A stretch of DNA of 64,000 bases, from contig CBDAVP010000014.1 of assembly GCA_965201075.1 (NCBI GenBank), forward strand, positions 186,001 through 250,000. The letters are read 5' to 3'. The notes below the pieces were generated by a model, which saw nothing but the letters and a program-made list of their open reading frames with translations, did no database searches and was not told the origin of the DNA. Positions 1 through 10,800 of the stretch are shown piece after piece. This DNA comes from Isosphaeraceae bacterium (GTDB lineage: Bacteria; Planctomycetota; Planctomycetia; Isosphaerales; Isosphaeraceae). The position numbers and the translations under genes are program-made. Every line of letters begins with the position of its first letter. The first letter of the stretch is position 1.

Positions 1-1051
1 CCTCTTGCTGCGCGACAAGGTGGCCGACCAGCCGCAGGGGGCCGTCGTCCCCTTGCCCGCCGAATTCCTCTCCGGCGCCCACCGGGCCCGCTTCAACCCC
101 CACGACGGCCAACTGTACGTCAGCGGCATGAAGGGCTGGGGGACCTACACCGTCGCCGACGGCTGCTTTCAACGAGTGCGCTGGACCGGAGACCCGGTGC
201 AACTGCCGGTCGCCTGGAGGGCCCACCAGAACGGCGTCCTCGTCACGTTCTCCCGACCGTTGGACCGCACGATCGCCGCGAACCCCTCAAGCCACTTCAT
301 CCAGGCGTGGAACTATCGTTACAGCGCCGCTTACGGATCGCCCGAGCTCTCCCCCTCGCACCCCGGGATGACCGGTCACGACCCGTTGACGATCCGCTCG
401 GCGACCGTTGCCGACGACAGCCGTTCGCTGTTCCTGGAACTCCCCGACCTTCAGCCGGTCAGTCAGCTTCAGTTGCACATGAAGGTGGACGGCGGCCCAG
501 CGCAAGACCTCTTCGCGACGATCCACAAGCTGGCCGAACCGTACACGGCGATCCCCCACTACCAACCAACCCCCAAGGTGATCTCCGCCCACCCAATGCT
601 GGCCGACCTGGCCACGGCCGCGGCGACGGTCCCCAACCCCTGGCGCTACCCGGTCCCCAACCCCCGGACGATCGAGATCGCCGCCGCCGGCAACCTGACG
701 TTCTCGACCCCGACCCTCAAGGCCAAGCCCGGTGAGGCATTGTCGCTGACCTTCAACAACCCCGACGTGGTGCCGCACAACTGGGTCCTGATCCGTCCGG
801 GGACGCTCCCGGAAGTGGGAGAGCTGGCCAACCACATGGTCTCTCAACCCGACGCCGCGGCCAGGCACTACGTCCCCAAGACCGACGCGGTGCTGGCCTA
901 CACCGACATGACCTTCCCCGGCAACCGCGCCACGATCTCCTTCTTCGCCCCCAAGGAACCCGGCCGCTACCCGTTCCTGTGCTCCTTCCCGGGGCACTGG
1001 ATGGTCATGAACGGGATCTTGGTGGTGGAGGGAAGCGGTGGGAAGCCTTGA
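1..1051 (+). CDS. C-terminal part of a large protein ending in an azurin/auracyanin-type blue-copper domain (5' end outside the window)
   Basis: Open from the window edge; cupredoxin ligands in VPHNWVL and FLCSFPGHWMVM. Confidence 0.75.
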   Translation, partial: LLLRDKVADQPQGAVVPLPAEFLSGAHRARFNPHDGQLYVSGMKGWGTYTVADGCFQRVRWTGDPVQLPVAWRAHQNGVLVTFSRPLDRTIAANPSSHFIQAWNYRYSAAYGSPELSPSHPGMTGHDPLTIRSATVADDSRSLFLELPDLQPVSQLQLHMKVDGGPAQDLFATIHKLAEPYTAIPHYQPTPKVISAHPMLADLATAAATVPNPWRYPVPNPRTIEIAAAGNLTFSTPTLKAKPGEALSLTFNNPDVVPHNWVLIRPGTLPEVGELANHMVSQPDAAARHYVPKTDAVLAYTDMTFPGNRATISFFAPKEPGRYPFLCSFPGHWMVMNGILVVEGSGGKP

Positions 1052-1093
1052 GGCCGAGGGCCGCTCGCCTGACCGGTCGTCCGCGGCGCGAAG

Positions 1094-1558
1094 TCAGGAG
1101 CCGTCGCCCGGGCCCGACGAATGCTCGGAAAGGAAGCACCGGACCTTTTCCCTCAGGCTTTCAGGCGTTCCGTAGTAGGCGAGGCATTCATACTCGCTGC
1201 TGAAGTACGCCGCGGCCCAACACTCGGCCTCGGGGACGGCCGCCTCCATCGAATACACGCAAAGCATGTTGGCGACGACCCCGAGATCCAGTTCGGCACT
1301 GAACGCACGGGCCCGCAGGATCTCCAGAACGCGGTGGGCCGCCGCGGCGAGGTCGGCGGGCCCCGGCAGACGCTTGAGCAGACGGGCCAGGTCGTCCGGA
1401 AAGGACCGGGTCGCGACCGCCACGTCGATGAGTTCGATTGGCGGTTCAGCCAGATCCGCAATCCGCCGATCAGCCCATGCAATGACCTCATCAGGCCAAA
1501 CGAGTCTCATCTTCAGGGCCAAGCGGAAAGTTTCAGCTTCCTCACGCAGTATCGGCAT
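1094..1558 (-). CDS. hypothetical protein (~154 aa)
   Basis: Globular, protein-like composition; fills the gap between neighbouring genes; start at MPILREE chosen. Confidence 0.6.
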   Translation of the reverse strand: MPILREEAETFRLALKMRLVWPDEVIAWADRRIADLAEPPIELIDVAVATRSFPDDLARLLKRLPGPADLAAAAHRVLEILRARAFSAELDLGVVANMLCVYSMEAAVPEAECWAAAYFSSEYECLAYYGTPESLREKVRCFLSEHSSGPGDGS

Positions 1559-1742
1559 GAACCGTGAGTCTCCCACGCCACCTCACCCTCAAAGATCGAC
1601 TCTCGTAACTTGACAACAATCGAACTCCGAAAGTTCGGCCAGATTGATTCGATTGCCCAGGATCTTGAGAGTACGATGGGACGTAAGGTCTGACTTCGAG
1701 AAAACGCCCCATTCGGATGAGATCTCCTCGTGGAGGGAACCG

Positions 1743-2039
1743 ATGACCGACCCGGCAACGCTCCCCGCCTCCGTTTCGGAATCATCCCCCGACCTTTCGG
1801 ACGCCCTGGGGCCCATCCCTCCCGCTCCGCCAGTCGTCCGGGATGATCAGGGCCGGCTGGTCCTCCTGTCGGCCCAGCAGCGAAAGGCCCAGGCCGAGGC
1901 CGCGGCTCGCGCAATCCGGGCGATGCGGGCGATGCGGGCGATGCCGGACGACGATCCCCCCGGCGTCGAGGCCGAGATGATGCGCGGCATCGACTCGCGA
2001 CGCCCCGAGGGACGCAAACTCTTCGAGGGGATCTCCTGA
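1743..2039 (+). CDS. putative antitoxin of a PIN-domain toxin
   Basis: Small ORF ending 3 nt before the PIN gene; GGAGG upstream of ATG 1743. Confidence 0.6.
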   Translation: MTDPATLPASVSESSPDLSDALGPIPPAPPVVRDDQGRLVLLSAQQRKAQAEAAARAIRAMRAMRAMPDDDPPGVEAEMMRGIDSRRPEGRKLFEGIS

Positions 2040-2042
2040 GGC

Positions 2043-2501
2043 ATGGCCCGGCTGATCCTGCTCGACTCCGGTCCGCTGGGCCTGGCCTGCTGTCGGCCTG
2101 GCGTCGAGGTCGTGGATCGTTGCCAGGCCTGGCTGGAGGAGTTTGAGGACTCCGACGCCCAAGCCCTACTCCCCTCGTTGGTGGTGTACGAGGTCCGGCG
2201 GGAATTTCTGAGGCTCGGGGCCGGGGCGAAGTTGCGGAACCTGGCAATCCTGAGGAACCACCTTCCGGAGGTCGACACCGACCGAGCCGCGCTGGACCGG
2301 GCCGCGGAGTTCTGGGCCGCGCTCCGGAGGACGGGCCGACCCACGGGCCCCGACGCGGACATCGACATCGACGCGATCCTGGCAGGCCTGGCGGTAACCG
2401 TGGGCCAACCCGACGACATGGTGATCGTCGCGACCACCAACTTGAGACACTTCCAACGATTCCCTGGGGTCAATGCCCTTCAGTGGTGGACGGTCGTTTG
2501 A
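2043..2501 (+). CDS. vapC: PIN-domain (VapC-like) toxin
   Basis: ILLDSG start, YEVRRE, IDIDAILAG, ATTNLRHF: PIN acidic motifs. Confidence 0.85.
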   Translation: MARLILLDSGPLGLACCRPGVEVVDRCQAWLEEFEDSDAQALLPSLVVYEVRREFLRLGAGAKLRNLAILRNHLPEVDTDRAALDRAAEFWAALRRTGRPTGPDADIDIDAILAGLAVTVGQPDDMVIVATTNLRHFQRFPGVNALQWWTVV

Positions 2502-2617
2502 TCCGTCGAGGATTCTTATCCCCTTTCGTCGGCACGATTGGTTCCCCGACGAGGCTGAGAAGCAAGCCTTGTCGGGGACCTCGGTAATCGGACGGGACCG
2601 GGTCGAGCGGCGACCGC

Positions 2618-3691
2618 CTATTCCGCCACCTGCAACTTCCGGTCGCCGTGGACGCTGTGCAGGTGGATCGTCTTCTTGCGCAGGTCGTGCACGGCGCGGA
2701 TGTAACGTACCGTCCGGCTGCGGGCCCTTGTCAGGATCGAGTGGGTGATCGCCGTGGAGCCCACCAGCCGCACCCCGGGCAGCAGGGAACTGTCGCTGAT
2801 CCCCGTGGCGCAGAACAGGGCGCTCTCGCCGGGGACCAGGCTGGCGACGTTGTGGACCTTCGCCATCTCCTCCTCGGTGACACCCTCCGACAGCAGCCGC
2901 TCGCGTTCCTCGGCATCTCGGGGCCACATCCTCAAGAGCATCTCGCCGCCCAGGGCCTTCAGGGCCGCGGCGGTCAAGACCCCCTCGGGCGAGCCGCCGA
3001 TGCCGTAGTACAGGTCGACCCCCGAATCCGGCAGCGAGGGGGCGACCGCCGCGGTGACGTCGCCGTCGCCAATCAGCCTCAGCGCTGGCCCCAATCGGCG
3101 GATTTCGGCGATGAAGTCCTTGTGACGCGGGCGGTTCATCGTAACCACCACCAGTTCCTGAACCCTTTTGCCCATCGCCTCGGCGACCCGGTTGAGGATC
3201 GAGCTGATTGGGTCGTCCAGCCGCAGGGGCTCCATGCCCGAGGCGATCGCCTCGACCACGTCGGGGCCGTAGGCCAGCTTGGTCGCGTAGAACGATGGGA
3301 TACTCGTCAACGACGGCACGGCGCCCGGCATCCTCCGGCTGGCGGCCATCACCGAGATCGAATTCGGCATCCCGTTGGCGAAGTTCGTCGTGCCGTCGAT
3401 CGGGTCGAGCGCCACGTCGAAGAACGGAGAGCCCGCCTTCCAGGTGCCGATGCGGTCGCCGACGAACAGGCCGGGGGCGTCGTCCTTGATCCCCTCGCCG
3501 ATGGCGACTTCCCCGCAGATGTCCACCACGTCGAAGGCGCCGCGGATCGCGTCGCAGGCGGCGCCGTCGGCCACTTCCTTTTCGCCCCGGCCCAGCCAGG
3601 GCAGGACGTTCAGCGCGGCGTTCTCGGTGGCGCGGACGAATTCGAACTCAATGGTGCGTTCGGGGTCGGTATCGGTGGTCGACTGGGTCAT
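2618..3691 (-). CDS. glpX: class II fructose-1,6-bisphosphatase
   Basis: RATENAAL, IGEG, DPIDGT, DGDV, GIGGSPEGVLTAAAL, ATGISD motifs. Confidence 0.93.
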   Translation of the reverse strand: MTQSTTDTDPERTIEFEFVRATENAALNVLPWLGRGEKEVADGAACDAIRGAFDVVDICGEVAIGEGIKDDAPGLFVGDRIGTWKAGSPFFDVALDPIDGTTNFANGMPNSISVMAASRRMPGAVPSLTSIPSFYATKLAYGPDVVEAIASGMEPLRLDDPISSILNRVAEAMGKRVQELVVVTMNRPRHKDFIAEIRRLGPALRLIGDGDVTAAVAPSLPDSGVDLYYGIGGSPEGVLTAAALKALGGEMLLRMWPRDAEERERLLSEGVTEEEMAKVHNVASLVPGESALFCATGISDSSLLPGVRLVGSTAITHSILTRARSRTVRYIRAVHDLRKKTIHLHSVHGDRKLQVAE

Positions 3692-3903
3692 CGTCGTCGT
3701 CTTCCGGGCCAGGAGTGGGTCGGACGGGGGGAAGGGGAGGCTCGCGGTCGCCCCGCCGGTATTCAAGCCGATCGAGCCGGCCGATTCCAGGGGAAAGCCG
3801 GCCGGGCCGGGGGTTTGCGGCGCCCTGGCCGGCGTGCTAGGGTCGGTCGATCGTCGCTGATTCCCCTCCCTCCCAGATCGGACCGCGCCGCGAGCCCCCC
3901 ACC

Positions 3904-5274
3904 ATGCCGACCGCGTCCGCGCTGGACCGCGCCCGGGCCAAGGCGTTCCGCCGGCTCCTGCCCTTGCTGTTCCTCTGCTACGTCGTGGCCTACGTCGACC
4001 GCACCAACGTCGGCCTTGCCACCTTGACGATGGGCAAGGACCTGCCAGGCTTTGACAACGCCGTCTTCGGCTTCGGCTCGGGCGTGTTCTTCCTTGGCTA
4101 CTTCCTGCTGGAAGTCCCCGGTTCCCTGCTGGTGGAACGCTGGAGCGCCCGCAAGTGGATCAGCCGGATCATGGTGACCTGGGGGATGATCGCGGGCCTG
4201 ACCGCCCTGGTCAAAACGCCGACGCAGTTCTACCTCGTCCGCTTCTTCCTGGGACTGGCCGAGGCGGGGTTCTTTCCCGGGGTCGTCATCTACCTGACCC
4301 ACTGGTTCCCCAGCCGAGACCGGGCGCGGGCTCTTGCCTTGTTCCTGATGGCCTCGCCCATCGCCCAGATCACCAGCCCCAAACTGTCGAACCTCCTCCT
4401 GAAGTACGGAACCACCGAGGTCCTCCACGGCGTCACGATCCACCACCCCCCACTCTGGGGCCTGCACGGCTGGCAGTGGATGTTCATCGCCTGGGGCATC
4501 CCGGCGGTGGTCCTGGGCGTCGTGGTGCTGGCCACCCTGACCGACCACCCCGCCCGCGCCCGCTGGCTCGACACCGAGGAACGCGACGCCCTGGAAGCCG
4601 AGCTCGCCCGAGAGCTGGCCGAACGCCGAAGCCACCAGGGCCGGCACATGGGAGCGCTGGAGGCCCTGGGCCAACCCAAGGTCTTGCTGCTGGCCCTGGC
4701 GTTTTTCCTGACGACCACCGGCAACTACGGCATCGAATTCTTCATGCCCAAGATCCTGGAGACCTGGTACCGCCTGGACCTCGACAAGCTGACCTGGATG
4801 CTGGTCATCCCACCCATTGGTTCGCTTTTGGGACAGATGTTCATCGGCTGGAACTCCGACCGCACCGGAGAGCGCCGCCTGCACTGCGCGCTGCCGATAC
4901 TGATCGGGGCCGTGGGGCTGGCCGGCACCTTGCTCAGCCGCGGGCACCTCGGCCTGACCATCGTCATGTTCACCCTGGCCCTGATCGGAACCAAGGCCCA
5001 CCTGCCAGCCTTCTGGACCTTGCCCAGCCTGTTCCTGACCGAGTCGGCCGCCGCCGCCAGCATTGGCCTCATCAACTCGGTGGGCAACCTTGGCGGCTTT
5101 GTCGGCCCCTACCTGCTGGGCAAACTCCAGAGCCTCACTGGCTCGTTCCAGAGGGGGATTTTGATCCTCTCGGTCTCGATCGCCCTGGCCGCGGTCACGG
5201 TGATCCTCCTGGGCCTGGGCCGACGCACGCCAGCCACGCCCGATCCTTCCCAACCGCTGGCCGAGGCCGCCTGA
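3904..5274 (+). CDS. MFS transporter, ACS/tartrate-transporter-like
   Basis: YVDRTNVG, LEVPG, EAGFFPG, WFP, GWQWMF; about 12 hydrophobic segments. Confidence 0.9.
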   Translation: MPTASALDRARAKAFRRLLPLLFLCYVVAYVDRTNVGLATLTMGKDLPGFDNAVFGFGSGVFFLGYFLLEVPGSLLVERWSARKWISRIMVTWGMIAGLTALVKTPTQFYLVRFFLGLAEAGFFPGVVIYLTHWFPSRDRARALALFLMASPIAQITSPKLSNLLLKYGTTEVLHGVTIHHPPLWGLHGWQWMFIAWGIPAVVLGVVVLATLTDHPARARWLDTEERDALEAELARELAERRSHQGRHMGALEALGQPKVLLLALAFFLTTTGNYGIEFFMPKILETWYRLDLDKLTWMLVIPPIGSLLGQMFIGWNSDRTGERRLHCALPILIGAVGLAGTLLSRGHLGLTIVMFTLALIGTKAHLPAFWTLPSLFLTESAAAASIGLINSVGNLGGFVGPYLLGKLQSLTGSFQRGILILSVSIALAAVTVILLGLGRRTPATPDPSQPLAEAA

Positions 5275-5275
5275 A

Positions 5276-6778
5276 TTATCGCGGTGGCTCGTCTCCCCAT
5301 CCCACGACCCGGTAGAGCCGGAAGGCGCGATCGGCCCGCCGCGATGGCCCCCTCGCCAGTTCCTCCACCCGCCCCAGTTCCTCCAACGCCGGCACGTCGC
5401 TCTCCCGGCCGATGACGCCGAAGGGGTTTGAAGGCGGGGCAGGGGGGCGGTTTCGGAGGTCGTTCATACCGTTCCGCCAGCAGGTGGGGCGATCGAGGTA
5501 GAACAGGCGAACCGCCAGGTCGTGCGGCATCGGCCCGAACGGTGAGGGATAGGGGGCCCGCTCGTCGAAGTCGTAGAGCAAAGCCAGCGGCTCCCCCTTC
5601 GGCAAGGTCCGGCCGGCCGCCTCGTAGAAGGCCCACTCCGCCCCCCGGCGGTCGAATCGCGGCCCGGCCAGCAGGTAGCCCAGCCCAACCCCCAGGCCCA
5701 AAGTCACGAACAAAGCCGAGGCACCAACGCGCAACCGGGCCGACGGCCAGCCGCGTTCTCGCAGCCGATCGCCAAGCCTCGACAGGGTTTGCGACGACCA
5801 GACCGACCACGGCGGCAACGCGTAAATCAGGTAATGGGCGTTGCGGACCGTCGCCAGCGACACCAACGCCGCCGGCACCAGCGCCCAGGCCCAAAGCAGG
5901 CGGTCCAGCCCCCCCGGCTCTCGGACGGCCCGGGTTGCCGAGCGCCAGCCGCCCACCAGGGCCAAAGGGGTCCACGGAAGCGTCTGCCAGACCGGGGCCA
6001 GGGCGTATTCCCAGGGCGACTCGCCGGCGAACGCCTCGGGCCTGGTGGCGAACCGGCCGGCGACGTGCCAGGTCCACAACCCCAGCGCCCGGGGATGCCC
6101 CGCCAGCACCCACGCCGGCCAGGCCAGGGCCAAACCCGCCGCCAAAGCCCAGCCCAAGGGCGTCGCCAGGCGTCGGAAGGCGGCACGGTCGCGGTCCCAG
6201 GCTAGCACCACCGACGCTGTCGCCACCACCAACGCCGCCCCAAAGCCAATCCCCTTGGCCAGCGCCGTCGTCCCGAGGAGGCCGAAGAACGCCCACCGCC
6301 AGCGGGCCGAGTCTCCCAGGCGAACCCGGTCGAACGCCAAGAACGTCCAGGCCACAACCGCCGCGAGCAGGATGTCGGGCTCGGCCAGCCGCCCGCGCAT
6401 GACCGCCCAGAGGGTCGTCAACTGGACCGCCCCGGCCAGTACCCCCGGCCCCTGGCCGAGCCTCCGCGCCGCCAGGCTCGCCACCGCCAAAGCAAGAGCC
6501 GTCGCGGCCAGAACCGAAGGGATTCGCGCCACTCCCTCATCCAGCCGCCCGGCCACCTTCGCCGCCAGGGCGATCAGCCAGGTCCCGCCCGGCGGCTTCT
6601 CCACCCAGGGCCGCCCGTCGAGCGTCGGCACTCCCGGGTCGCCGACGACCATCAGCTCCCGGGCCGACTGAGCCCAGATCGCCTCGTGGTAGGTCAGCCG
6701 TCCCGAGCCCCCCAGGCCGATCCCCAGCGTCAACACCGCCAGGCCAACCAGCGACAGGGTCCCTCTCTCGTCCATCAT
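5276..6778 (-). CDS. ArnT/PMT-family (GT39/GT83) membrane glycosyltransferase
   Basis: HEAIWAQSARE, PTLDGRPWVEKPP, ARIPS, LAKG motifs; many TM segments. Confidence 0.88.
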   Translation of the reverse strand: MMDERGTLSLVGLAVLTLGIGLGGSGRLTYHEAIWAQSARELMVVGDPGVPTLDGRPWVEKPPGGTWLIALAAKVAGRLDEGVARIPSVLAATALALAVASLAARRLGQGPGVLAGAVQLTTLWAVMRGRLAEPDILLAAVVAWTFLAFDRVRLGDSARWRWAFFGLLGTTALAKGIGFGAALVVATASVVLAWDRDRAAFRRLATPLGWALAAGLALAWPAWVLAGHPRALGLWTWHVAGRFATRPEAFAGESPWEYALAPVWQTLPWTPLALVGGWRSATRAVREPGGLDRLLWAWALVPAALVSLATVRNAHYLIYALPPWSVWSSQTLSRLGDRLRERGWPSARLRVGASALFVTLGLGVGLGYLLAGPRFDRRGAEWAFYEAAGRTLPKGEPLALLYDFDERAPYPSPFGPMPHDLAVRLFYLDRPTCWRNGMNDLRNRPPAPPSNPFGVIGRESDVPALEELGRVEELARGPSRRADRAFRLYRVVGWGDEPPR

Positions 6779-7091
6779 CCCCGGGCCCTCCCGGCCCCCG
6801 AGCTTCTTCAACCCCCTTTGGATCGAGGTCCACGCCTCGCGTCGGTATCATAAGACTTCAGAAGGTTTCCGACGAGGCGAGATCCCCGAGCGTAAAAAGC
6901 GTAAGCGCCGTCAACTTACGTCCTATCCGTGAAAACCCCTCGACGTCTCCGGAGAAAAGGGTGCAAACAGCGAATGTGGGCCGAACCGCACGCGTAGGCT
7001 GCCACTATCGGAGTGGTGGTCGCCTTGCCGAGGAAGAACGAGATCGAGGTTGGCACGATGGAATTCTCCTCGCGACAATCACCCGATGGCT

Positions 7092-9800
7092 TCAGCGAGT
7101 CTTCCACCAAGCGTCGACCTCTCGCGTCCGGACGAAGTTGCGGTCGCGACCGTCATTGTTCGTTTTGTCAAATGCGTCCATGTTCTTTTTGATGCTTTCA
7201 AATTCTCTTTTGGACATGTACCAGTTCAATGTCTCGGACGATCTGTTCGATTCGCCAGGGTGGCTGGAATCGCACGTGAAAATGACGGTTTTGAAGAAGC
7301 GCGGATCGGGACTTTCTTTCTTGAAGAGCTCGTGGAGCACGCGAAGTTGCTCGTCGTTGCGGAAGTACATTGACTTGTTTCGCGCCTCGGCGACGCCCTG
7401 GAGCGGGATGAACCAGTCTCGCAGGCCCGACTGGACGGTCGACGCCAGCGTCGGCGCCAAGGCGAGGACGGCGTGGATCGGGCTTGGTGTCGAGCCGACG
7501 CTGGCATCAGCGCCTTGAGACTGCGTGGGGTCGTAGAGCTTGAGGAACTTCTCGTTGCGGAACGCGCGGATCTGGACGACCAGCACGCCCGAGGTGTTGG
7601 CGACGATCCAGTCCGAGTGGACAGCGATCAGGTTCGCCGCCAGGTTCACGCCGTAGTTATCGTAATATCCAGCGTCGACCACGTGCCGTTGCGGGTGAGT
7701 GGGGAGGACAACCGGCGGCGTCACGTAGGGGAACGTCGCGCTCATCCTCACCGCGCTGGAGAGCCTGAGCCGGCTCTTCGCCGCACTTCCGAAGAGCCGA
7801 AAGAACTCGATCGCCGGCGTGGACGCCGCACTCGGATATTCGAGGCTTTGCTCATCGCGCCCCGCCTCTGGCTTGAGACCGTCTTGTGCGCGACGCTTAT
7901 CCAGGATTTCCAGCAAATTGGCGCTTTTCTCGAACAGAAGCGGTCCCTCGTCATACCGGGTTAAATCTCCCAGCGGAAGGTTGCTGATGAGGAGGCGACG
8001 TCCGTCCTCGACCAGCATCGGGGAGAAGATGATCGACGCGGCGCGACCATCCCTCTCGAACGGTTCGAGGGAGGCGAAGTTCCGGCGGATTCCGTCCCGC
8101 GCCCCTTGATCCTGCTTGATGAAGGCGTCCTCCAGGACATCGCCGCGATTCATCGTGGCGAACGGCACGAGGGCATTTGGCAGGATGTCCCGGAAGGCCA
8201 GCCGTCGCGCGACCGCGCCGAGATAATCGGGGGGCTCATCGGTCGTGAGCGCGGGCATCGGGCGATTCGTGCACTGGGACACCACGAACCGCGAGGCTCC
8301 CAGCATGCCCCCCGACGCGCCGGTGATGAGGCGGACCTGATCGCGAAATCCCGGCAATTCCTTGCTAAGTTTTTCAAGGACCACCTCGGTCCACAAGGCC
8401 GCTCGGAGCGCTCCCCCGCTCGTGCAGACGACGACGAGGATGGGCTTCTTTCGGTGGCCCTTGGCGAACCGGTCCGCCCAGGCTGTCAGGCACTCCTCTC
8501 GCTTGGCCTTGTCGTTGGAGGATGATCGAAATTCGCATTTCTGAAAATCAGAAAGGTCCACCACGCGATCGTAAGGCTTCCCCTTGCCGAATACGGCCGA
8601 GCGCATCCATCGTCCATACTGCTGGCGGATCGAGGGATAGTCGCCCTTGAGGTCGCGCAGTTCCACCTCGTAGTCGACGGTTCCTTTCAGGAGCAGGAGC
8701 AGCAGGACGGAGTAGGTGGCGACTCTTTTCCAAACCGCCGGCGCCATGCTGAGCGACATCAGGATGGACGCCAGGGCACCCAGCAAAACGCAGATCGACA
8801 CCGCCGCCGGGAAGACGACGTCCAGGTTGGCGAGGTCGGGCGTCGGGTCGAGAAACGAAAGTCCATGGAACACGAGGATCAGGAGGATCGCATTCCTGAT
8901 ATTCGTCCGGTCGTCCGCCCAGCCCGCCAACCGGGTCGAACGGCCCATCCGCCAGAAAGGGCGCCGCAAGAGCGAGGACATCCCCTTGTTCAGTCGCGAC
9001 AGGTCTCGGGATCGGACGATCGCGGCGATGCACAACCCCCCGAGCGTCACGCCGAGCAGCCACGGCCACGCCAGAAGTGGGTTGTTGGTGGACTCAGGAT
9101 CATACCAAGGGCCCAGGATTGGGAAGACCGACGGCAGGATCATGAGAAACACGATCGGAGGCCCAAACGCCGCGAACGAGGCGCCTAGTTGGGAATGGCT
9201 TTCGGCGTCGGGGGCGTCGGCGTTGAAGAGTCCGGCATGGCTTGGGTCGTCCGGCCACCTCTTCTTGTAACGATGCCAAAAGGAACGCTCCGTTTCGGGG
9301 GGGTTGGCGTGGGTATCGCCGACGATGAGCAAGTAGAGCATCCAGAAGCAGAAAAGCATCGCCCCGAAAGCCGCCCCGAACTGAACACGCCACTGGTGGT
9401 GCCAGAACAGGCCGGGCATGCCCATCTCGGAAAAGCATCCGTAGATGATCGACACGACGAACAGTGTCGCGGCCACGACCGCAAGACGAGAAAGGCCCGG
9501 AAGCGCCAACCACAAGAACGCTCGCAGGTATCGGTAGTACGCCATGAACACAAGCAGCGAGAGTACCCCGAGCATCGTCCCTTGCACGTTGGAAAATTGC
9601 TCCTGCACTCGCATTTTCATTTCCGTCGTAGCCAGTCCTTCATCTTGAAAGATACGGCCATACAGTAGGTTCACGGCCGCCATCATCCCGATCACCACGG
9701 CCAGGGTCGTGGGTCGGGGCCGAAGTCCGAACCGCTTGACCTTGGCGATCACGGAAATGCGCGAAAACCCGCTCTGAACAGTGGCCCAGAGATTCGCCAC
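7092..9800 (-). CDS. multi-TM protein with C-terminal patatin-like phospholipase domain
   Basis: SGGALRAA oxyanion loop, GASGG nucleophile, SATFPYVTP, VDAGYYDNYG; hydrophobic N-terminal half. Confidence 0.8.
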   Translation of the reverse strand: MANLWATVQSGFSRISVIAKVKRFGLRPRPTTLAVVIGMMAAVNLLYGRIFQDEGLATTEMKMRVQEQFSNVQGTMLGVLSLLVFMAYYRYLRAFLWLALPGLSRLAVVAATLFVVSIIYGCFSEMGMPGLFWHHQWRVQFGAAFGAMLFCFWMLYLLIVGDTHANPPETERSFWHRYKKRWPDDPSHAGLFNADAPDAESHSQLGASFAAFGPPIVFLMILPSVFPILGPWYDPESTNNPLLAWPWLLGVTLGGLCIAAIVRSRDLSRLNKGMSSLLRRPFWRMGRSTRLAGWADDRTNIRNAILLILVFHGLSFLDPTPDLANLDVVFPAAVSICVLLGALASILMSLSMAPAVWKRVATYSVLLLLLLKGTVDYEVELRDLKGDYPSIRQQYGRWMRSAVFGKGKPYDRVVDLSDFQKCEFRSSSNDKAKREECLTAWADRFAKGHRKKPILVVVCTSGGALRAALWTEVVLEKLSKELPGFRDQVRLITGASGGMLGASRFVVSQCTNRPMPALTTDEPPDYLGAVARRLAFRDILPNALVPFATMNRGDVLEDAFIKQDQGARDGIRRNFASLEPFERDGRAASIIFSPMLVEDGRRLLISNLPLGDLTRYDEGPLLFEKSANLLEILDKRRAQDGLKPEAGRDEQSLEYPSAASTPAIEFFRLFGSAAKSRLRLSSAVRMSATFPYVTPPVVLPTHPQRHVVDAGYYDNYGVNLAANLIAVHSDWIVANTSGVLVVQIRAFRNEKFLKLYDPTQSQGADASVGSTPSPIHAVLALAPTLASTVQSGLRDWFIPLQGVAEARNKSMYFRNDEQLRVLHELFKKESPDPRFFKTVIFTCDSSHPGESNRSSETLNWYMSKREFESIKKNMDAFDKTNNDGRDRNFVRTREVDAWWKTR

Positions 9801-10538
9801 GGTCTTAGTTCCTCACGATGAACCAACCCCTGGACATTGGACGCTTTCGCGAACAATCGGCGCGAGAACCCCGGGACCTTCGCCCGAGAGGACGCGCAAG
9901 TTTCCGGAATCCGGAGTTCCGTTCCCATCGCATACGCGACGACAGTCGCACCCCGCGAATTTCCACAACCTAATGCGAATATGACAAACTCGCGCAACAA
10001 TTTCCAGCATGGGAAACGTTGGCCGTCAAGATTTCGTCTCTGGACACACCACCCGGGAATTCCCGCCCTCGTGAGCCGCCACCATTGAGTTGACGGACGC
10101 CCGCGGGACGCTTCTCCCTCTGAAGGTTTTTCCGGCGGTGGAACTCCAGTCCCGTAAATGAAAGTGCAGCCGACGCAGAGCGGCCCAATCCATGTCTGGG
10201 CCGACGCATCGGGTCGATCGAGGAGTTGGCCCGCGAAGTGTCGGCCTTGGCGGGATGAAAGCTTTTGAGGCGCAAGGGGGAGCCCGCTGGCGGTTCATGG
10301 CTGCCAAGGCCCGCGTCGAACTCCACGGGCTTGATCCCTCGGGCCGATCGTGGCAACGCACTAGCCCCGGGCCTCGGACGTCTCCCGATGCGACCCATCC
10401 CGTCAGGCTCAAGAGACCGACCACGGCGAAACGGATCGTCGCACCCAAACAGCAGCGGGCCGTCCACAACCCCCTATCAACTGGACAGGTTACGCGGGCG
10501 GCGCCACCCCCGTTCCACCCCGATTCCGCCCACAATCT

Positions 10539-10800
10539 CCGGGGGAAAACCTGTCGATAACCCGTCGCGCCCGGGCGCACGGCGCCTCCCCGCAAACAAC
10601 GGCCGTCGATGGCCCTCCCCGGACAGGCGCAAGACCCTCCGGGCGCGTCGGCGCGCGCGACGCCCTTACCCACGGGTTTTCCCCCGGCTGATTTTGGCTT
10701 TGGAGCCAAGCAAGTCTTTTGGTATCATGGGCTTCTTCTCCGTCTCGGGGACTTATCCGCGGCGCCGCCGCCGCCTGACTGTTACGAAGATGGTGGGTTA
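10539..10800. promoter_or_regulatory. DnaA-box cluster, candidate oriC
   Basis: TGTCGATAA 10552-10560 (1 mismatch to TGTGGATAA), TTACCCACG 10666-10674, TTATCCGCG 10753-10761; paired boxes form an inverted repeat directly upstream of dnaN. Confidence 0.55.
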
